Shown piece by piece: positions 23,578-32,132 of a stretch of 43,269 nucleotides of DNA; position 1 is the first letter of the stretch, and each line of letters begins with the position of its first letter. The DNA is from Eubacteriales bacterium. Lineage in GTDB: Bacteria > Bacillota > Clostridia > Oscillospirales > CAG-272. The DNA lies in contig JAZNBI010000017.1 in the NCBI GenBank assembly GCA_045586995.1, forward strand, positions 1 to 43,269, in the 5' to 3' direction. A program made the position numbers and the translations under genes. The notes under the pieces were generated by a model. It saw only the letters and a list, made by a program, of their open reading frames with translations. It had not been told where the DNA came from and did no database searches.

Positions 23578-24873
23578 ATGGGAATTATCAGAGCTACACT
23601 TAATGCCATAGGCGGTGGATTCGGAGATCAATGGGAAGAGGTTATTGAAGCGGATTCGATGAGCGATACCTCGGTTTTTGTAAAGGGAGTTAAGGTCCGC
23701 GCAAACGATAAGAGAAACACAAATAAAAAGGGAACTGCCGACGTTATTTCAAACGGTTCTATTATACACGTTTATCCAAATCAGTTTATGATACTCGTCG
23801 ACGGCGGTAAAATTGTAGACTATACAGCCGAAGAGGGATACTTTAAGGTTGACAACAGCAGCGCGCCCTCGCTTTTTAACGGTCAGTTCGGAGATTCTAT
23901 TGCCGATGCATTCAGACGTATTAAGTATTCGGGAGTTCCGTCCTATTCGCAAAAGGTTTTTTATATTAATCTTCAAGAGATAAAGGGAATTAAATTCGGA
24001 ACAAGAGCGCCTGTTAATTATTTCGATAATTTTTATAATTCCGAGCTGTTTTTGAGAGCTCACGGTACATATTCAATAAAGATTACCGATCCCATCAAAT
24101 TTTATGCCGAAGCAATACCGAAAAACAAGGATTACGTTGATATAAATGATATTAACGAGCAATATCTTTCGGAATTTTTAGAGGCGTTTCAGGCGGCAAT
24201 CAATCAGATGTCGGTTGACAACATCAGAATTTCTCAGGTCGCAAGTAAATCCCGCGAGCTTTCGAAATATATGGCTAACGAGCTTGACGAGGATTGGAAG
24301 CGTATGCGCGGATTTGAGGTTCAATCGGTAGGAATTGCAAGCGTTTCTTATGATGACGAGTCCAAGAAGCTCATAAATATGAGAAATCAAGGAGCAATGC
24401 TTGGCGACGCTGCTGTACGCGAAGGATACGTTCAGGGCTCTATCGCGCGCGGTATGGAAGCGGCAGGCAGCAATGCAAACGGAAGCGCGGCGGCGTTTAT
24501 GGGTATGGGTATCGGAATGAATACCGCGGGCAATTTTATGGGCGCGGCATCACAGTCAAATCAAGCGCAAATGCAGCAGCAGGCAGAGGCAAAGAGAGCC
24601 GAAGCCGAAAGAGCTGCCGCCGAGGGCGCTTGGGTGTGTGCGTGCGGTTCTAAAAACAGCGGCAATTTCTGTGCTAATTGCGGAAAGCAAAAGCCGATTT
24701 CAATCGTTGCTTGGAAATGCGAGTGCGGGGCTGAAAACTCGGGAAAATTCTGCTCCGAATGTGGAAAACCGAAGCCGCAAGCCGTTGAGAATAAGGATTG
24801 GTTCTGCACACAGTGCGGAAAGAAAAATTCGGGAAAATTCTGCGCGGAGTGCGGTACGAAACGCCCCGAATAA
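23578..24873 (+). CDS. SPFH/band-7-like protein (YdjI / COG4260-like) with three tandem C-terminal zinc ribbons
   Basis: GGAGG RBS. N-terminal MGIIRATLNAIGGGFGDQWEEVI. Three repeats of W.C.CG..NSG.FC..CG. Confidence 0.7.
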   Translation: MGIIRATLNAIGGGFGDQWEEVIEADSMSDTSVFVKGVKVRANDKRNTNKKGTADVISNGSIIHVYPNQFMILVDGGKIVDYTAEEGYFKVDNSSAPSLFNGQFGDSIADAFRRIKYSGVPSYSQKVFYINLQEIKGIKFGTRAPVNYFDNFYNSELFLRAHGTYSIKITDPIKFYAEAIPKNKDYVDINDINEQYLSEFLEAFQAAINQMSVDNIRISQVASKSRELSKYMANELDEDWKRMRGFEVQSVGIASVSYDDESKKLINMRNQGAMLGDAAVREGYVQGSIARGMEAAGSNANGSAAAFMGMGIGMNTAGNFMGAASQSNQAQMQQQAEAKRAEAERAAAEGAWVCACGSKNSGNFCANCGKQKPISIVAWKCECGAENSGKFCSECGKPKPQAVENKDWFCTQCGKKNSGKFCAECGTKRPE

Positions 24874-24906
24874 ATCGATATTGCAAACTGATCGGAGGAT
24901 TTCAAT

Positions 24907-25968
24907 ATGAATAATGCTACCGTAGTATATCAATGTCCGAATTGCGGTGCAGGTCTTATGTTCGATCCGGAAAAACAGAAGTTTTGTTGCGATTTTTGCA
25001 TATCGGAGTTTACCGAAGCCGAGCTGATTGAGGACGGCGCCGAGGACAGAGCCCGCGCCGAAGAAGAAGCCGACAAGGATTTTTGTGAGCAGATGAATGA
25101 ATACCTCTGCCCGAACTGCGGTGCGGCGGTCGTTGCGGATGAAAGCACTGCGGCGGATTTTTGCTATTTTTGTCACAACCCTATCGTACTTTCGGGCAAG
25201 CTCTCGGGGCAAATGAAGCCGCATAAGATCATTCCCTTTAAGTACAATAAAGAAATGGCAGAAAACGAGTTTATCAATTTTGCCAAAAAGAAATGGTTTG
25301 TTCCGCGCAGATTTTTTGCAAAGGATCAAGCCGATAAAATTTCGGGAATTTATTTTCCTTTTTGGGTAACGGATGCGGATACACGCGGCTTATATAACGC
25401 CACAGCAACCAAAATAAGAGTGTGGCGAGTGGGAAACGTTCAATATACCGAAACTTCAAAATATAAAATTCAACGCTCGGGCGACATACACTTTGAGGAT
25501 ATTGTTACATCGGCGCTCTCCGAAGCCGATAAAACCATGCTCGAGGCGATACTTCCTTTTCCCTCGGATTCTCTTATAGATTTTTCGATGCCCTATCTTT
25601 CCGGATTTGTGGCTAAAAAAAGAGATATAGACAGAGAATCGCTTTCGGGCGAGATCAAGCACAGAATGAAGAATTACGCAAACGAAATTTTCAGAGGTAC
25701 AGTACAAAACGGATACAATTCGGTTGTTACAAATTCATGTAACGTCGATATATTGTCAAGTCATTGGGAATATACACTGATGCCTATCTGGGTGCTTACC
25801 TATAAGGGAAAGAAAAATAAGGTATATACATACGCTATGAATGGCTATACAGGTAAAATATACGGAGAAATACCTATCGATTGGAAGCGGCTGTTCGCAT
25901 TTTTCGGCGGTATCGCTTGCGGCGCGGCTGCATTGCTTTCCATGTTGGGAGGTGTTCTGTTTTGCTGA
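24907..25968 (+). CDS. double zinc-ribbon membrane-anchored protein (YdjG-like)
   Basis: CPNCGAG..CDFC and CPNCGAA..CYFC, plus a C-terminal TM helix. Confidence 0.6.
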   Translation: MNNATVVYQCPNCGAGLMFDPEKQKFCCDFCISEFTEAELIEDGAEDRARAEEEADKDFCEQMNEYLCPNCGAAVVADESTAADFCYFCHNPIVLSGKLSGQMKPHKIIPFKYNKEMAENEFINFAKKKWFVPRRFFAKDQADKISGIYFPFWVTDADTRGLYNATATKIRVWRVGNVQYTETSKYKIQRSGDIHFEDIVTSALSEADKTMLEAILPFPSDSLIDFSMPYLSGFVAKKRDIDRESLSGEIKHRMKNYANEIFRGTVQNGYNSVVTNSCNVDILSSHWEYTLMPIWVLTYKGKKNKVYTYAMNGYTGKIYGEIPIDWKRLFAFFGGIACGAAALLSMLGGVLFC

Positions 25969-26720
25969 AAACAAAAGGTGTTTTATCGCTTTTGTTGGCT
26001 TTATTGCTTTCGATACCGATATTTATATTCGGTATCTCGGCATCCGGCGCCGATACTGCCTTTTCGGAACAGCGCATATACGACATGGCAGGGCTTTTTA
26101 ATGCCGATGAAATTGCAAAAATCAATTCGCTTTGCTTGAGTAAAACCGAAAAATCGGGTGCGGGATATTTTGTCGCTACTACCGACGGTTACTATAACGG
26201 TGAACATTTCCTTTATGATTTCGGATATAGCAGCAACGATGATATCATACTGCTTGTTATCACTAAAGAGGGTTCGACCGTATATTACGATATGTATACA
26301 TACGGCAATGCTTGGGATAAAATCAGTGATAATGAGGTTGATGCTATTCTCGATTCGGATGATGTTTACGACAATTTAAAGGGTTGGAATCTTGAAGAGG
26401 GAACGCTTGCGTTTATAAATTATTCCGAACGCGCCTACAGCGGTTGGTTCGGATTTGGCAGAGTCGTTATCTGGTCTTTAATAATTGCACTTGTTATAGC
26501 GGCTATCTGCGCGGGCTCGGTCGTCGCGCAGTATAAAATGAAGACACGACCTACGAATTATCCCTTGGAGCATTATACAAAGCTTTCTCTTAAAGAAAGC
26601 GACGATATATTTATCGGAAAGAACGTGACAAGAGTGGTTATTTCCTCATCCTCCGGCGGTAGTCGCGGAGGTGGGGGCGGTGGACGCGGAGGTGGCGGAG
26701 GTCATCGCGGCGGCAGATAA
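25962..26720 (+). CDS. TPM-domain protein (YdjH/YgcG-like) with signal/TM segment and Gly/Arg-rich tail
   Basis: TTG start 7 nt after GGAGGTG, overlapping the upstream stop. IYDMAGLFNADE is TPM-like. One TM segment and a GGSRGGGGGGRGGGGGHRGGR tail. Confidence 0.6.
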   Translation: MLKTKGVLSLLLALLLSIPIFIFGISASGADTAFSEQRIYDMAGLFNADEIAKINSLCLSKTEKSGAGYFVATTDGYYNGEHFLYDFGYSSNDDIILLVITKEGSTVYYDMYTYGNAWDKISDNEVDAILDSDDVYDNLKGWNLEEGTLAFINYSERAYSGWFGFGRVVIWSLIIALVIAAICAGSVVAQYKMKTRPTNYPLEHYTKLSLKESDDIFIGKNVTRVVISSSSGGSRGGGGGGRGGGGGHRGGR

Positions 26721-26731
26721 TATAAAAACAA

Positions 26732-26766
26732 ATCAAACCCCGCAGAATCGTTCTGCGGGGTTTGAT
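26732..26766. terminator. bidirectional terminator, 16-bp perfect stem (ATCAAACCCCGCAGAA/TTCTGCGGGGTTTGAT)
   Basis: It lies between the convergent TPM gene and secG. Confidence 0.8.
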
Positions 26767-26789
26767 CTGTATATTTCGTCAATCAAAAA

Positions 26790-27035
26790 TTATTTTGAAA
26801 CAACAATATACATAACAATGACGAGTATTGTGAAAATAACCGATACAACCGTTGTTGCCTTGGACAAAATTTTATCCCAAGCGCTTGCTTTGGATTTTCC
26901 GAAAAATGTTTCGGCACCGCCTGCGATAGCACCGGAAAGCTTTTTATCTTTACCGGATTGCATAAGAACAGCGATTATAAGGAAAACAGACATTATCATC
27001 AATATAATGCCGATTACAAGCTCCAATGTTTCCAT
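26790..27035 (-). CDS. secG: preprotein translocase subunit SecG
   Basis: 81 aa with two TM segments. LMQSGKDKKLSGAIAGGAETFFG is the SecG signature region. Confidence 0.85.
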   Translation of the reverse strand: METLELVIGIILMIMSVFLIIAVLMQSGKDKKLSGAIAGGAETFFGKSKASAWDKILSKATTVVSVIFTILVIVMYIVVSK

Positions 27036-27252
27036 TTTAACCCTCCGTAATAAATATATCCATTCCTTTAGTGAAAAAAGAAATTTAAATTCTATAATAT
27101 ATTACCATAAATAAAAGGAAAAATCAATACAAAAACCAAAAAAATTTTTATAAGTGTTTTTTTGTCTGCACAATATTTTAAAATCTATTGACAAAGTGCT
27201 TTTATAGTATATAATTTGTAGTAGGATCATTATACCTGCGTGAGGTGAAAAC

Positions 27253-28641
27253 ATGCCAAGCTCCACAAAATTATTGCGTAAAAATATGACCGAAGGTAAA
27301 ATATTTTCGCCAATGCTTATATTTACACTTTCGGTTATGGCAACCGCTTTATTACAAAAATTATACAGCACTGCCGATATTATTGTAGTAGGGCAATTTT
27401 TGGGCGGCGACGCCGTAGCGAGTATAGGCGCGACCTCGAGTATCGAAGGGCTTACGATAGGGCTCTTCTTCGGTCTTTCGATGGGCGCGGCTGTTTCTGT
27501 TTCGCATAAGTACGGCGCGCGGGATTATGAAGAGGTCGGAGAATATATAAATACGATTTTTACGCTCGCCACAGTTCTTGGAATCGTAACGGGAATATTC
27601 GGATTTTGTACCGCGCGTACATTTCTCGAATTGATGAAGACTCCCGATGACATTATCGATGCATCGACTCTGTATTTGAAAATAGTATATATAGGTATTC
27701 CGGGGTCTTTTATAAATAACTACGCAGCGGCTACAATGCGCGCTATGGGAGATTCCAAGCATCCCTTTATATTCTTTTCGATTTCCGGACTTCTTAATTT
27801 TGTTCTTAATATTATAAGCGTTGCTATTTTCAAAATGGGCGTTGATGGTGTGGCGATAGCCACCGTGATCTCGGTTTATTTTTCGACGTTCTTGATATTC
27901 AGATATTTTTTAAAGCTTAAAGCGCCCTTGAATTTTGATTTTAAAAAGATGAATTTAAATAAAAAACGCGTTATGCAGATATTGCGTTACGGCGTGCCGA
28001 GCGCCATTCAATCAATGATGTTTTCGCTTTCAAATGTTTTGATACAATCATCTATAAACTCGTTCGGCACGGTTGCCATTTCGGCAAACGCCGCGGCATC
28101 TAATATTGAAGGGTTTTTGAATCTTGCTTGCAATTCCTCGCATCAGGCGGCATTGACCTACGTCGGTCAAAATATCGGAGCTAAAAAATATGATCGAATC
28201 AAAAAAATCGTTGCGTACAACCTGATTATCGTAACAGTAACGGGTATGCTGTTTTCGTATATGTCGATCTTTTTCGGAAGACCGCTGTTGGCGTTGTTTC
28301 TGCCCGGGGACTACGAAGCTATTGAAGCGGGTATGATTCGTATAATTATAAACGGTATTCCGTACTTTATATTCGGTCTTATGGACACTATGGGCGGAAT
28401 TATGAGAGGACTTGGAAGGTCGGTTTTCCCAACGGTAGTGGCGTTTATAGGTATTTGCGTTTTCAGAGTGGTTTGGATATATACGGTCTTTGCCGCATAT
28501 CCGACGCTCGAGGTCTTGTATTATTCCTATCCCATATCCTGGGCAATGACCTTTATCGCGCATTTTATAAGCTTTGTTTTTGTATTTCGCGGCATGTTAA
28601 AAAGACAGGAAAAGCAATTGAAGTTATCAATCGATACATAA
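27253..28641 (+). CDS. MATE-family efflux transporter
   Basis: 462 aa and about 12 TM segments. The N-terminus (LLRKNMTEGKIFSPMLIFTLSVM..LLQ.LY..AD..VVGQFLG) is typical of MATE. Promoter TTGACA-16-TATAAT at 27188-27215. Confidence 0.85.
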   Translation: MPSSTKLLRKNMTEGKIFSPMLIFTLSVMATALLQKLYSTADIIVVGQFLGGDAVASIGATSSIEGLTIGLFFGLSMGAAVSVSHKYGARDYEEVGEYINTIFTLATVLGIVTGIFGFCTARTFLELMKTPDDIIDASTLYLKIVYIGIPGSFINNYAAATMRAMGDSKHPFIFFSISGLLNFVLNIISVAIFKMGVDGVAIATVISVYFSTFLIFRYFLKLKAPLNFDFKKMNLNKKRVMQILRYGVPSAIQSMMFSLSNVLIQSSINSFGTVAISANAAASNIEGFLNLACNSSHQAALTYVGQNIGAKKYDRIKKIVAYNLIIVTVTGMLFSYMSIFFGRPLLALFLPGDYEAIEAGMIRIIINGIPYFIFGLMDTMGGIMRGLGRSVFPTVVAFIGICVFRVVWIYTVFAAYPTLEVLYYSYPISWAMTFIAHFISFVFVFRGMLKRQEKQLKLSIDT

Positions 28642-28650
28642 GGAGTATTT

Positions 28651-29226
28651 ATGACAAACAAAGAGAGATTTATAAAAATATTTGAAGAAACCATAAAAAG
28701 AGAGGGCGCAGATAAGCTGCTTGCATATTTGTGCTCGGATTCCTGCGATTTTTTCACCGCCCCCGCAAGCACTCGCTATCACGGCGCTTATCCTGGCGGC
28801 TTGCTTGAACATTCTTTGAATGTATACGATTGCCTTTGCGACTATCTTGCACGTCCGCGTGTTATTGAAAAATATGGGCTTTCCTTTTCAAACGAAACTA
28901 TTGCCATCGCGGCGCTGTTCCATGATTTTTGCAAGATCAATTTCTATGTTGAGGGAACGAGAAACGTTAAGGAAAACGGAGTTTGGAAAACCGTTCCTAC
29001 GTATAATATAGATGACCGTTTGCCGTACGGTCACGGTGAAAAGTCGGTTTACATAGTTTCGGGATATATGCGTCTTACAAGAGATGAGGCGTTTGCAATA
29101 CGTTATCATATGGGCTTTTCGGGACTTGAGGATAAAAATACCGTCGGCTCCGTTATGGAACAGTTTCCGCTTGCCTTTGCGCTTTCGGTTGCGGATATGG
29201 AAGCGGCATTTTTAATCGAAAAATAA
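28651..29226 (+). CDS. HD-domain phosphohydrolase
   Basis: STRYHGAYPGGLLEHS, FHDFCK and GHGEKS motifs. Confidence 0.7.
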   Translation: MTNKERFIKIFEETIKREGADKLLAYLCSDSCDFFTAPASTRYHGAYPGGLLEHSLNVYDCLCDYLARPRVIEKYGLSFSNETIAIAALFHDFCKINFYVEGTRNVKENGVWKTVPTYNIDDRLPYGHGEKSVYIVSGYMRLTRDEAFAIRYHMGFSGLEDKNTVGSVMEQFPLAFALSVADMEAAFLIEK

Positions 29227-29307
29227 TATATTATCTATATTTCAATGCAAGAAACGCTTTAAAAACGTATATAATAGTATTACGTTTCAAAATAAGCGTT
29301 TCGGAGG

Positions 29308-30447
29308 ATGGGCAAATGCTTTTTGGCGTTTGCCCTTTGTTTTTTTATGACGGGAATAAATTGGCAAAGATATGCTTGTGTAATATTTTGCGTGATTGCG
29401 GCCGTCGCAGCTTTCTATTTCTTTATAAAATATGTCCTTGTGATACTTTTACCGTTTTTAATAGGATGGGGAGTTTCTTTACTTATAAGACCCTTGGCAA
29501 AAAAGCTTTCCGCAAAAACTTCCGCAAGCGAGAAGTTTTGGTCTGTATTTATTATGTTGGTATTGGTTTTAATTACGGCTTTGGGGATTTTACTGCTTGT
29601 GGATCGATTTATTGACGAACTTAAAAATTTCTTTTCGGGTATCTCGGACAATCCTGAGATAGTCGGGGTATATATGGAGAATATATCGGACTATATACAA
29701 AAGTTCAGAGAAAAGCTGCCGTTTTCCGAATTTTTCGGTCAAAACGAGAATTTACAGCTTGTTCGGGAAAGGTTATCGGAAATGCTTGAATCAAGTGTAA
29801 AAGAGCTGGCTTTAAGCATTACGTCGACAATTTCCGAATATGCGGGCGCTTTTGTAAAGGCGTTGCCTGCGGTATTTATTTTTTTATTCGTTTCGCTGAT
29901 CTCCTGTTTCTATTTTTGTATGGATCTTGATTTTGTTCAGACCGCGCTGAAAAATTTGTTTCCAAGCAGCTTTACGGAAAAGCTCCGCTCTTTTAAAGAG
30001 CGCGCATTTGATGCGGCGAAAAAATATTTCAGAGCATATTTGATTATTTTTTTGCTTACGTTTTGTGAGCTTTTCGTAGGATTTTGCGTTTTACGGATAG
30101 AATATGCGCTTTTGCTTGCGTTTTTGATTGCCTTGCTTGATATTCTTCCGGTTTTCGGAGCAGGCACTGCGCTGATACCGTGGGGGATAATATCGCTTAT
30201 TATGGGAGAGTATTACGTCGGCTTCGGATTGCTTATCTTATATTTACTGATAACTCTCGTTCGTCAGGTCGCGGAACCGAAAATTATAGGAGAAAGTCTT
30301 GGTTTGCACCCGCTTTTGACATTATTCGCGATCTATATAGGTTTTAAGCTTTTCGGAATAATGGGTATGCTTATCGGACCGTTTGTTTTGATTATGGCAA
30401 AAGCACTTTTAAGCTCAAAAAAAGCCAACGGTTCCGTTGGCTTTTGA
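29308..30447 (+). CDS. AI-2E family transporter / YtvI-like sporulation integral membrane protein
   Basis: Polytopic protein. LLPFLIGWGVSLLIRPLAKKL and C-terminal PKIIGESLGLHPLLTLF are typical of the family. The start codon is uncertain. Confidence 0.65.
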   Translation: MGKCFLAFALCFFMTGINWQRYACVIFCVIAAVAAFYFFIKYVLVILLPFLIGWGVSLLIRPLAKKLSAKTSASEKFWSVFIMLVLVLITALGILLLVDRFIDELKNFFSGISDNPEIVGVYMENISDYIQKFREKLPFSEFFGQNENLQLVRERLSEMLESSVKELALSITSTISEYAGAFVKALPAVFIFLFVSLISCFYFCMDLDFVQTALKNLFPSSFTEKLRSFKERAFDAAKKYFRAYLIIFLLTFCELFVGFCVLRIEYALLLAFLIALLDILPVFGAGTALIPWGIISLIMGEYYVGFGLLILYLLITLVRQVAEPKIIGESLGLHPLLTLFAIYIGFKLFGIMGMLIGPFVLIMAKALLSSKKANGSVGF

Positions 30448-30449
30448 AT

Positions 30450-31376
30450 TTATTCGAAAAGTGAGGTCGATAGATATCTATCTCCGTTGTCAGGCAGTAA
30501 TACGACGATATTTTTCTCAAAATTCTTTGGATCTGCCGCTACCGAGCATGCGGCGAAAAGTACCGCTCCCGAGGACATGCCGACGAGTAATCCTTCGCTG
30601 TGAGCAAAATCGCGCGCGGTGGAATACGCATCATTTTCGCTAACCGCGATTACATTATCATATATATCGGTGTTTAAAACGCGCGGTATGAAATTTGCTC
30701 CGATGCCCTGAATACCGTGAGCTCCCGAATATCCCTTGGAAAGCAACGGAGAGTCGGAGGGCTCGACTGCTATTATTTCAATAGAGCTGTTTTTTTCTTT
30801 CAGATATTCGCCAATACCGCTTATCGTTCCGCCGGTGCCGACCGATGCTATAAAAATATCGATTTTCCCGTCGGTGTCGTCCCAAATCTCTGCGGCAGTA
30901 GTTAGTTTGTGCGCTTCGGGGTTTGCTCGGTTTTCAAATTGAGAGGGGATAAAGCTGTTTTCTGTAGACGCGGCAATCTCCTCTGCTTTTGCGATAGCGC
31001 CCTTCATACCCTCGGCTGCGCTTGTGAGTACTATTTTGGCTCCGTATGCCTTCAATAATTTTATTCGTTCGGCGCTCATGCTTTCGGGCATGGTGAGTAT
31101 TACGTCATATCCCTTCGACGCGCCTATCGATGCCAAACCTATTCCCGTATTGCCGCTTGTCGGCTCGATTATAACAGAACCGCTTTTTAACAATCCGCTT
31201 TTTTCGGCGGCATCTATCATATTTTTTGCGACTCGGTCCTTTGAGCTTCCCGCAGGATTGAAATATTCCAGCTTGCAAAAGAGATTGGCTCTAAGATTTT
31301 TTATTTCTGAAAATCTTTGCGGCATAAGAAGCGGGGTGCGTCCCACAAGCTCGGAAACGTTTTTGTATATTTTCAT
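30450..31376 (-). CDS. cysK: cysteine synthase A (O-acetylserine sulfhydrylase)
   Basis: Start at MKIYKN with an AAAGGA RBS. Motifs GSSKDR, TSGNTG and GTGGTISG. Confidence 0.9.
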   Translation of the reverse strand: MKIYKNVSELVGRTPLLMPQRFSEIKNLRANLFCKLEYFNPAGSSKDRVAKNMIDAAEKSGLLKSGSVIIEPTSGNTGIGLASIGASKGYDVILTMPESMSAERIKLLKAYGAKIVLTSAAEGMKGAIAKAEEIAASTENSFIPSQFENRANPEAHKLTTAAEIWDDTDGKIDIFIASVGTGGTISGIGEYLKEKNSSIEIIAVEPSDSPLLSKGYSGAHGIQGIGANFIPRVLNTDIYDNVIAVSENDAYSTARDFAHSEGLLVGMSSGAVLFAACSVAADPKNFEKNIVVLLPDNGDRYLSTSLFE

Positions 31377-31481
31377 AAAGAAATCCTTTCTCTCGTATAA
31401 GTAGGTGAAAGAAAAGGATGCACACATAATAAAATGCGAGCATCCTTGCTTTCGCAATTATAAACGCATGGGTTAAGTGCG

Positions 31482-31745
31482 TTAGCCAATTGCGTTGAGT
31501 TTCTTTGTAAACTGGCTTTTTTTGTGAGCAGCGTTGTTCTTATGAATTATTCCGCGAGCTACTGCCTGGTCAAGCTTCTTAACAGTTGCCTTGTATGTTT
31601 CCTGAGCGAGAGCTACATCGCCTGCTGCGAGAGCGGCCTCATACTTTTTAATGTCTGTTTTGAGCTGTGTGCGGAAAATTTTGTTTCTAAGAGTTTTAAC
31701 TTTGATAATCTTAACGCGCTTTTTTGCAGATTTGATATTAGGCAA
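31482..31745 (-). CDS. rpsT: 30S ribosomal protein S20
   Basis: TTG start after GGAGGTGA. (M)PNIKSAKKRVK is the canonical S20 N-terminus. Confidence 0.9.
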   Translation of the reverse strand: MPNIKSAKKRVKIIKVKTLRNKIFRTQLKTDIKKYEAALAAGDVALAQETYKATVKKLDQAVARGIIHKNNAAHKKSQFTKKLNAIG

Positions 31746-31933
31746 ATCATTCACCTCCCCTAAAATTTTAAAATTCAGTCTAAACGGTTGCACCTGAGAG
31801 GGTGTGCTACCGTATTCGTCCATACAGCTATATATATTATCACACAAAATCAAAAAATGCAATAGTTTTTTGAAAAAATATTAAAAATAAATCGATTGTT
31901 TTTCAAAATTAAAATATTTATCGAAAAAATGTA

Positions 31934-31962
31934 TTGACAAGCATTGACTTTTATGCTAAAAT
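31934..31962 (+). promoter_or_regulatory. rpoB promoter TTGACA-17-TGcTAAAAT
   Basis: Hexamers at 31934-31939 and 31957-31962. Confidence 0.5.
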
Positions 31963-32132
31963 TATACACTGCATTATAATGCTAAATTTGCCCAAATGAT
32001 ATTAACTCGGTTGTTTTGTACAGTTGATATTAAGCGAATTTATATAATGTGACTAATTCGAGAATACCGTTTACCATTTTCCTATGCGTCACGAGTGCGC
32101 GATTTATAATTTTGAATGGAGTGATTATTTTA

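Noticed and set aside
24700-25329. 209-aa minus-strand ORF and other antisense ORFs across the zinc-ribbon genes.
   Set aside because: It is antisense to two well-supported plus-strand genes. The open frames are created by the repetitive GC-rich ribbon-coding repeats.
26650-26717. The GGSRGGGGGGRGGGGGHRGGR coding tract, considered as a DNA repeat element.
   Set aside because: It is the low-complexity C-terminal tail of the TPM-domain protein, which is common in that family. It is not an independent feature.
26671-27114. 147-aa plus-strand ORF.
   Set aside because: It is antisense to secG and spans the bidirectional terminator.
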